Source: the human T2T-CHM13v2.0 reference genome, Homo sapiens. From it: DNA of 64,000 nucleotides. The DNA is taken from NCBI RefSeq assembly GCF_009914755.1, contig NC_060931.1. One strand, given 5' to 3'. The translations under genes were made by a program, and so were the position numbers. Every line of letters starts with the position of its first letter. Position 1 is the stretch's first letter. Shown here in pieces: positions 54,700 through 64,000 of the stretch. Under the pieces are notes generated by a model that had not been told where the DNA came from, did not search any database, and saw only the letters and a list, made by a program, of their open reading frames with translations.

Positions 54700-57130
54700 A
54701 TCTTCAAGGCGATTGAATAGGAGGTTTCAGACTCTCCCTTCCCCCAAATTACCAGCTAGACATGGATTAACTCTCTTTGAGAGAAATCCAGTAAGTATTT
54801 GAACTGCTGCACATTCAGAGAGTGAGACAATACCCATATTGAAATTGATATGAAAATCTGAGTCACAATCTCAATATAAACCCCTTCCCTAGCACAGGAC
54901 ATGCAATCAGGAGGGAAGTCACAACTTCCAGTGTTTCCCTGAGGAGTGAAAAGTTTGAACCACACATCTAGCACTGCAAATTTTCCAGCTGCTACGTGAG
55001 GGTCTGGCTTCTAATTTCCCTGTTTCTGAAAGCCAGTGGGTGCAGGATTCACTAGTTTTCCAGGGACTACGAGCCAAAGGATAGTTCTGAATGGGAATGC
55101 AAGCACTCACTGTGGCTTATCCCTTCAGTTCAGCACAGTGAACAGAGACTAAAACCCAGATTCTTGTTTCTGACTGGGTGTTATACTATACATCTAGTGC
55201 CTTATTTTTTCCATCTGCTTCCCAAGGACCTGGTTTTTAACTCTCCTGTTTCTGGGAGCTAATGGGACAGGCAATCACTTGTCCCCTGAAAGCCTGAATG
55301 AGTGTGTGGGGGCACTTCCTGTTGGTTGCTCCCAGCTTGCTCCAGCAATAAAACTAATTCTTCTTGGTTCTTTCTATAAGGCATTTTACTACACATCTGG
55401 CTTCTCTACTTTTCCAGTAGGAACTGAATGACTGGCTTCTAACCTGCCTGTCTCCAAGAACTGATGAGGCCTCGCATTGGCTAGGCCCTGAGGGCTACAA
55501 AGAGAATAGAACTGTTTTAAAAGACGGTGCACTATGAACAAGTATGTAGATGTTTGTTGCAGCTCCCCTCTCCAGCTTAGTAGAAAGTGAGTGAGCAAGA
55601 ATTGCAGCTCCCAGTTTCTCTGCAGAGAAAAGTTATTAGAACACACATCTAGTGCCCCAACTTTTCTGGCTTCTATTAAGACACTAGCTTCTATCTTGCC
55701 TGGCTCAGGGCACTCATGGGACTTGACATACCTAGACTCCAGGGGCTGCTAAAAACAAAGGTGGTGGTTGAGACCAGCACAGACATTTGAGAGGGACCAG
55801 AATCTTTACCTAGACATATTGATGAGGGTCTTCTCCTGTAAAAGGCCAGTATGTGAAAACTGAGAGAGGTCATTGTTTTATCTAATGCACTGATGCAGAC
55901 AAAGAAAATTAATTAAAAAAAGGTAAATCCTATCCAATCCTAATGAAAAGGATATATGTGATTTACCCGACGGAAAATAATGTGCATAAGTGTGTTCATT
56001 GAGGTCAGGAGAGCAATGCATAAGCAAAATAAGAATTTCAGTAAAGTGATAGAAAATATTGAAAAGTACCAAACAGAAATTATAGAGCTGAAGAATACAA
56101 TAAGTAAACTGAAGAAGTCAATAGAGGGGTTCAACAACAGAATAAATAAGTAGAAGAAAGGATTATGAACACATGGGCAGATCATAGGAAGTCATCTATT
56201 CAGTGGAATAAAGAAAATACAATGAAAAATGTGAAGAAAGCCTACGAAATTATGGGACATCATCAACTAGATCAATATATTTTGAGAGTCTCAGAAGCAG
56301 AAGAGAAAGAAATAAGAAGAAAGCTTATTTTAAAAAAAAATGGCTGAAAGCTTCCCAATCTGGAAAAGAAAAAAGCATTCAGATCTAGGAAGCCCAGAGG
56401 ACACCAAAAATCTGAACCTAAAAAACCCAAACCAAAATACATTATAATCAAACTGTCGAAACTCAGAGTCAGAGAATTTTGAAAGCAGCAAGAAAAATAT
56501 GACTTGTCCCATACAAGGGAACCTCTATAACACTATCTGTGGATTTTCCAGTAGAAACATAGTATGCCAGAAAAGAGTGGAATGAGATAAACTGTTTTCT
56601 CTAAAAAAAAAAAAAAAAAGAAAAAGAAAAAGAAAAACTTCCAAGAAAGGATACCATCCCTGGCAAAGCTGTCCTTCAAAAATGAAGGGGAGACAAAGAC
56701 TTTCTCAGACAATCAAAAGCTAAAGAAATGCCTCACTACTTGACTTGCCTTACAAAAAGTTAATTTTTCAAGTTGACATGAAAGGACAACTAAACAACAA
56801 CAAAATAGCATAAAAAATGATGAAACTTGTTTGTAAAGGTAAATATATAGACAAAATCCAACTATTTGCTTTCTACAAAAATAAAACTCAAGATTTAAAG
56901 ACAGGCTGAATGTGGAGAGATGAAAAAATACATTCCATGTGAATGGTAAACAAAAGAAGGCTGACTAGTAATACTTACATCAGACAACATAGATTTTATG
57001 TCAAGAAATGTCTCCAGAGCCAAAGTAAGTAATCTAGGTAATCATATGTGATAAAAGAGTCCATTCATCAGGAGGATTATAACAGTCATAAATATATAGG
57101 CATCTGACATAAATGTACCTAAACATATAC
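54700..57130 (+). mobile_element. Old L1 (L1M2/L1M3-like) 5' UTR, ORF1 and start of ORF2
   Basis: Repeated 5' UTR motifs, then ORF1 (accaaacagaaattatagagctgaagaatacaata; gcaaagctgtccttcaaaaatgaagggg) and an endonuclease-region fragment. Confidence 0.75.
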
Positions 57131-57541
57131 AAAATGCTGTGGGAACAAGAATAGTCTTTTAGAAGCTTAGACTTTAACACAACTTACAGAAAACATCCTG
57201 AATTGGCAAAATAATTAGTGAAATACAGATTTTGTATATTAAGGTTATGTTTGTTTAAGAATTGTATATTTTATTTATTAATCTTTTTAGTATCCATTAA
57301 TTTAATAGAAATCCCCGTTGAGTATGCTCCTTATATACTGTGATGCTGGCTTAGATTAGTTCACCAAATTCTTATCAACAGAGAGATAGTCTTACACTTT
57401 AAGATGACACAATTGCTTGACCAGTTAATGTTCCTGATACTAAAGATGAAATCCCAGTAACCGCAAGGACCTACTGTGCTTAGTGCCACAATCAGACAAA
57501 AAGCAACTTATTTAAAGACACCATCAAAGAAAGCAGTTTTT

Positions 57542-57838
57542 GGCCAGGTGTGGTGGCTCACACCTGTAATCCCAGCACTTTGGGAGGCTGAGGGGGTGGA
57601 TCACTTGAGGTCAGGAGTTTGAGATGAGCCTGGCCAACGTGGTGAAACGCTATCTATACTAAAAATACAAAATTTAACCAGGTGTGGTGGTGTGTGTCTG
57701 TAATCCCAACTACTTGGGAGGCTGAGGCACAAGAATCACTCTAACCCAGGAGGTGGAGGTTGCAGCCAGACGAGATCACATCACAGCACTCGAGCTTGGG
57801 CAACAGAGCAAGAGCGAGACTCGGTCTCAAAAAAAAAA
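57542..57838 (+). mobile_element. Alu (AluSz-like)
   Basis: Full dimer; TSD core agaaagcagtt. Confidence 0.95.
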
Positions 57839-58728
57839 GAAGCAGAAAGCAGTTCCAACTAGAAAGACATTATTCCTCATGAGAGAAAGAAAGAACTTCA
57901 GCAGTGGTAGGTTCTTTGTCTCACAAAGCATTTGTTGGTTTGAGAGGCTTACAACTTTATTGAGAAGAGAGAGGTGCTTCACTCTGTCTGAGATTTCAAG
58001 GAGCAATACCAGTTATACATGATATAAGAGCTGAGAGAAATTGGTCACTGAGACAGGAGTGTTTGGGAAGAAATTTAATGGCAGAGGAAGACCAGACAGA
58101 AGAGCCTGCTAGCTTGCCTTAAATCACACGAAATGAGAAAGGAAAGCACGTGACTTACAGAAGAAAGAAAGGGAAATAATGATCTTAATATTCAATAATT
58201 TATGTTATAATTGCAATGAGTGGTAAAATAGTAAAATAAAAATTACTTTTTAGTTTTTATTAACAGTATTATTTGCCAATCAGAGAGAAAAAATTTGAAA
58301 AGACTTGTGTAAAAAGGATGTGCAAATTTACACTCTTACAAGGTGAAAATCTAACAGATTAAGGTTTGAATAGAACCAATTATTCAAGTATGATTCTCTG
58401 CAGGCCAAAAAAAAAAAAAATGAAAGAGAGAGAAAGAAAGAGAGAAAGAAAATAGTTCAATCCTAATTCTAGTGAGAGCAATCCCAATGAACATAGATAA
58501 CTGGTAGCAACGTGGACCATGGAGCTTTGAAACTGGTGAGACAAGGAAGCTGCAGTGTAAAGTGGACAGCTCCAAAACAGGGACTCGTGCAGACCACTGG
58601 AAGGCAAATGGAAAGTGTGAAAAGGTATTGCTCTGGGAAAACCCATTACATGTATAATAAAAAATGGCACCTTCCTTCTCATCAGGCCAAAATCAGACCT
58701 CTGCTGAGCTGTAAATGTATCATCATAT

Positions 58729-59802
<1,074 letters not shown>

Positions 59803-59909
59803 TTAACTGACTAAACATTCCACCCAGAGACATTAATGGAAAAATGTATCCACTACTTATTTGGATAAATATGGATCTATTCTAAAGTTTCCTCTATTTG
59901 CCTTGTTGA

Positions 59910-60150
59910 GAAAGGCAGGGTGGAGAATAGCTGAGAGCTTCATAGCAAGGGCCTCGGGGTTAGAACGCCTTGGCTGGAATTCCACCTCTGCCAATCTTAA
60001 AAATGGCACTAGGGTATTATTTAATTTGTTAAATCTCAGAATTCATTTCTTCATCTCTACCATAAGTGTAACAATAAATGACATAATGCATTAAAAACAC
60101 CTAGCACTGGGGCTGGCATGACACTAAGTGCTGTTCAAAGGACGGCTATT
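59910..60150 (+). mobile_element. MIR
   Basis: aattccacctctgcca...tttcttcatct...cctagcactggggctggcatgacactaagtgct. Confidence 0.6.
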
Positions 60151-60929
60151 TGTGTAAATTTAAGCTGATTTTAGTTGAAGTGTCAATTGATTTGTTGAAA
60201 TGCTTACTGTAACAATTCCTATTTTATCCTCTTCTATAAAATTCAATACGGTTATGAAATGAGGTTTTATTTTAGGAACAGAGATAATTATCTAGTCCTT
60301 GAAAAAGGGTCTTCTCGACAAATTGCATTAGATTTAATTTTAAAGTGTTCTTGCTCTTGAAAAAGAATTTATTCTCTGTTCCATGAACATAGATATCAGA
60401 AATCAATTTTACTCACAGTTTGAAGCATGCTTTCTATGTCAACAAAGTTTGCCAATACATGACTTAATAGTATTCTTCAATTTTTATTACCTAATAAATT
60501 TCAGAAGCTCACATTTCACCTTTATATTTACAGATATACAGATAGATAGCTATGCTCATGTTTTAATTTTGGTATATCGTCGTTTTTATCAGTTATGTCT
60601 AAATCAGAGAATGTGGAAGAAAATGCTCCGTAGGACCAGTAACTTCGAATGCTCACTAGTAGGAAGAAGATTAAAATCTGTGGAGCTGCAGCATCTTGAA
60701 TCTGTCCTTATAACTCAGGCCATGCTCAGCTTTTGGCGGCCTCGCAAAACCTTTTCCCCGCACCAGTATTCCCGGCTTCCATTTGGCCCCAGCTGTCTCC
60801 CTTCCCGCTCTGTACTTACAATGAGTTTATTTCTGTTCTTTGTCGTGACTTTCTCCTTTCTTTTCTGAAGTCATCCCTCCCTCCCCCCATTATTACTAGA
60901 TGGCTAAAATAGAGTGGAGAGTACCCAGG

Positions 60930-61400
60930 ACGGAGAGCACTCCACGCTGCAGGGATCATCAGCGAGACCAGAAACCCCCAGGCGCTCAGGGCAGCTGGGA
61001 TCCGCGGTTTCAGGTTCCTCACTGCGGGGCGCTGCGGCCATGGCCCGGGTTTAGTTCGCGGAGCTGCGGGGCGGGACTGGGAATGCCGCACTTTCCCATG
61101 CCCGGTGGGTGGAATTCACAGAATTCTTCCTGTTTCCTTGAAAGCTGGACATGGGGGGAGAGGCGAGTACCCAGACGCCGGTTTTGCGGTGGGTTTCTCT
61201 CTGCGCTGTGTGCGGCTGAGCGGCGGTTATTGGGGCTCCACCAGAGGGGACGTGGACAGGCGAGACGGCACAGCCCCGGCGCAGCCCCGCGAGTCCTGCT
61301 AAGCCCAGCTCCCCGGACTAAGGGCCCGAGATACGGGCGTCCGATGGGACAGAGGAGTGGGGAAGAGACCGAGGGGGCCGCTAAGATTCTCTGCTGTTAA
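60930..61400. promoter_or_regulatory. CpG island-like segment with a GC box (orphan CGI)
   Basis: Abrupt GC- and CpG-rich stretch in an AT-rich, CpG-depleted background; ggggcgggac at about 61067-61077; no repeat or gene recognised. Confidence 0.75.
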
Positions 61401-63109
61401 AACTACTGAACCTGTTCTTGAAATCAGGTCTGGGCCCAAGCAGGACTAATTTCTGGGATGAGAGAAATTCACAGGAACCCACAGCAGAAGACTGGAGTCC
61501 TTCTCTCCAGGGGGTGGGCAATCGGGTCCCCGCTGCTGGAATCCCCCACGGGTGAATTTCCCTTTCATTTGCACAAACACTTCTGCACTGACTTTATGTT
61601 AATCATTACACAGCAAATGCTTTCTTTTAAAAAAAAGCATAGATTATTTGCTTATATATGAACAGTTTAAGAAATAAAGTGAAAGGAATTGAATTTTTTG
61701 GGTATTTTGATAGAATATATATTAAATTTAAACAATATCCTTAAGAATATATGACCTTTGATATTTCATTGTTGTCATCTAATAGTATATTGCCTTTTTA
61801 TAGTCTCTGCAGAGGTAAATTTCAATGCCGGATCATTATTATTTGTATTTTTAAGTTATTTTCCCCGGATAAATTTACAGAAAATATTAGCTGTGTAGTC
61901 TTTCAATTTGAAGTATTATACTGCTTAAGCAATGCCATTTTACGGATATTTAGGGATACAAATTTTTAAAAATCAATAAACTAATAAAGCATGAATTCTA
62001 GCAACCTATTTTTTAATCTATCTTCACCTCTATCCCTCACTTAACCCATTGTACTTGGCCAGTCGGGATATACTCTTCTACTTGGACAGTCAAGACATAC
62101 TATTCTCAGGCTCTTGGCCACTCCCATTGTCTGTTTCTTCAACCTTTTCTTAGCTTTATTCCTTAAGAAGTTTAATCCCTCAGAATGCCAATTTATCCAC
62201 TCTTTTGCTAAAACTCTTAAAACACCTGGCCTCCTTAACTGTATCTTGCTCTGATAGTATAAGTTGACACTACAGTATTGATCACCCATCTGCCTTTCTT
62301 GCTGTTACGATTTAGCAGCTGAGTGTGAGCAAAGAAAAGCCCATGACCAAGATAATTAGAGACTCTAAGATGTTCAGCGATCCATTAATTCACTGTGTGT
62401 CTCCTCAATGCTATTTTCATCTTCCAACCCCACAGTTATGGTTAGAAACATTCCACGCTTCCTCAAGGTTGTTACTCAATACCAGCCTGACCTCCCCTGT
62501 TGGATGTTATTGGGAGCAAAAAAGGTATTGCCAGGATCTAAGGTTTCCAGATTGTGCATTGCTGTTTCACCTCTCTGTCTTGTTACATACAGTCTTCCAT
62601 TAAGCATTTTCTGTTCTCCTCCAATCCATGTTAATATTTTAACTTTGTCACTTTTCTGTCTTGTACATTTATGATGGCATTTACAAAAATTCATCACATT
62701 AATTTCTTGCATTCCCTCCCTCTTCTACAAGCTATTTAGTCTAAAAGAACAAAAACTAGTTCTTAATCATCTTTGTTTTCCTTATTACTTAAGCACAAAT
62801 CGCTTAACATAGGCTGAAGGAGTATATTAATCACAACTTGTTTACAACTGTTCAAATTAAAACATTCAAAACAAGGTTAGGTATTGAGTTTTACTTGAAT
62901 TAATTCCAGTAGAATATTTAATTCGCTGGAATGTGTATACATTTTTTCTTTAAGACTAGAAGTTATTCAGAGATTCTTGATCCTTTCATTTAATAGTACA
63001 TCCTGAACAAATTTAGTATTAGGAGATAGTTTGAAATCCAAATAAAGACACAAATGGATTTGGAGACCTATTCAGTCCTTACATAATTCCTTTGAGAAGA
63101 AATTTTTAG

Positions 63110-63390
63110 ACTATTCACTTCCTGGGTACGATGCTTTTGTATTGGAGCTGGGTGCAGTAGGCGCTTGCTCGTAGAGACTGTGGCACTGAGTTCAGCATAG
63201 AACTCTATTGAAATTCTAGCTCCACTGCCTAAATTGTGACTTCGGGCTAGTTACTGGACTTCTGGAAGTGTAAGTTTTATTATCTGTAAAACAAAGCTAG
63301 TAGTGTCAAGCTCGTAACAGTGCTTTGACAATTAAATTTAAGAAATAAATTTAAATTGGCGGAGAATGTGTACCTGGGCTAATGATGACA
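63110..63390 (+). mobile_element. MIR
   Basis: aattctagctccactgcct...tgtgacttcgggctagttact...tatctgtaaaa core. Confidence 0.6.
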
Positions 63391-63634
63391 ACTTTATAAT
63401 GGAAACTTCATGACCTGTTTAACTTTAATTATATGTTTTCTTCCTTTGTGTCAGTTTCCCAGATTCACTCACATCCTGCCCTGAAGACCACACCTTAATA
63501 TAATAACTACCTTGACAGAGCATCTGAACATGGATGCATTGAGAGAAATACTGCACTCCTAATGACATGACAGCCAAGCCCAGTACTTTGAAATATTATA
63601 GTTAGAACTAGGAGAGTAGAGCAAGATCCCTGGA

Positions 63635-63952
63635 GCAGTTCTACATAAAAGAAATATAATGCTAACCATCGACACAATTCTGTATTTTCTGGTAGGCATA
63701 TTTAAATAAGTGAAGTGAAACAGATAAAATTAATTTTAATATATTTTATTCAGCACAAAACATCCAAAATATCATTTCAACATAAATAATATTAAAAATT
63801 GTTAATGAGATACTTTACATTTTTTTTCTGTGTGCCAAGTCTTCAAAATATGGAGTGTGCTTTACATTTATAACATATCCTTTTTCAGACTCATGACTGT
63901 CAAAATGTCACTACCCACAGGTGGCTAGGGCTTCCCAAGTGAGATAGTGCTG
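63635..63952. mobile_element. MER33 (hAT-Charlie)
   Basis: agaaatataatgc, aaattaattttaata, atccaaaatatcatttcaacat and gtggctag are colinear with the MER33 consensus. Confidence 0.8.
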
Positions 63953-64000
63953 TTGCAGTGGGTGGACCCAGGCAGCCCATGGCTTTGCCCTATCCAGAAT

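Noticed and set aside
54955-55725. CRISPR-like repeat-spacer array
   Set aside because: Eukaryotic DNA; the repeats are long and degenerate with 120-170 bp gaps, there are no cas genes, and they sit in an L1 5' UTR.
60383-61400. 161-aa and 166-aa ORFs at the CpG island
   Set aside because: No recognisable homology. The second is explained by stop-codon scarcity in GC-rich DNA, and the first has non-coding-like composition.

Overview
This is primate genomic DNA, most likely human. It is AT-rich, gene-poor and dominated by old repeats: L1, Alu, ERV/MaLR LTRs, MIR/L2, and the DNA transposons Tigger2a, MADE1, MER63, MER85 and MER33. I find no intact protein-coding gene, RNA gene or CRISPR array, and almost all ORFs in the track are repeat-derived or chance. 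The only gene-derived sequence is a young, intronless HAUS6 (augmin subunit 6) retrocopy at about 29015-30815, probably HAUS6P1 on 7p12.1 (from recollection, not checked). It is unusual in three ways. (1) It appears to be copied from a mis-spliced mRNA, with a cryptic acceptor in exon 2 and a skipped exon. (2) It is 5'-complete but 3'-truncated, with no poly(A) or TSD. (3) Its break point is one end of an inferred ~4.3 kb inversion that splits an ERVL gag region into two oppositely oriented halves contiguous in the consensus. The other end of that inversion cuts an ERV1 LTR and carries a fold-back-like 10-bp inverted repeat. The right junction makes an open HAUS6::ERVL-gag chimeric frame. Other points of interest are two twin-primed (5'-inverted) L1s, a MER85 with its CSB-PGBD3 palindrome, a solo LTR12 and an orphan CpG island. 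I see no evidence for a new biological system; the best lead is the rearranged retrocopy. Repeat subfamily names come from remembered consensus sequences, and most boundaries are approximate.
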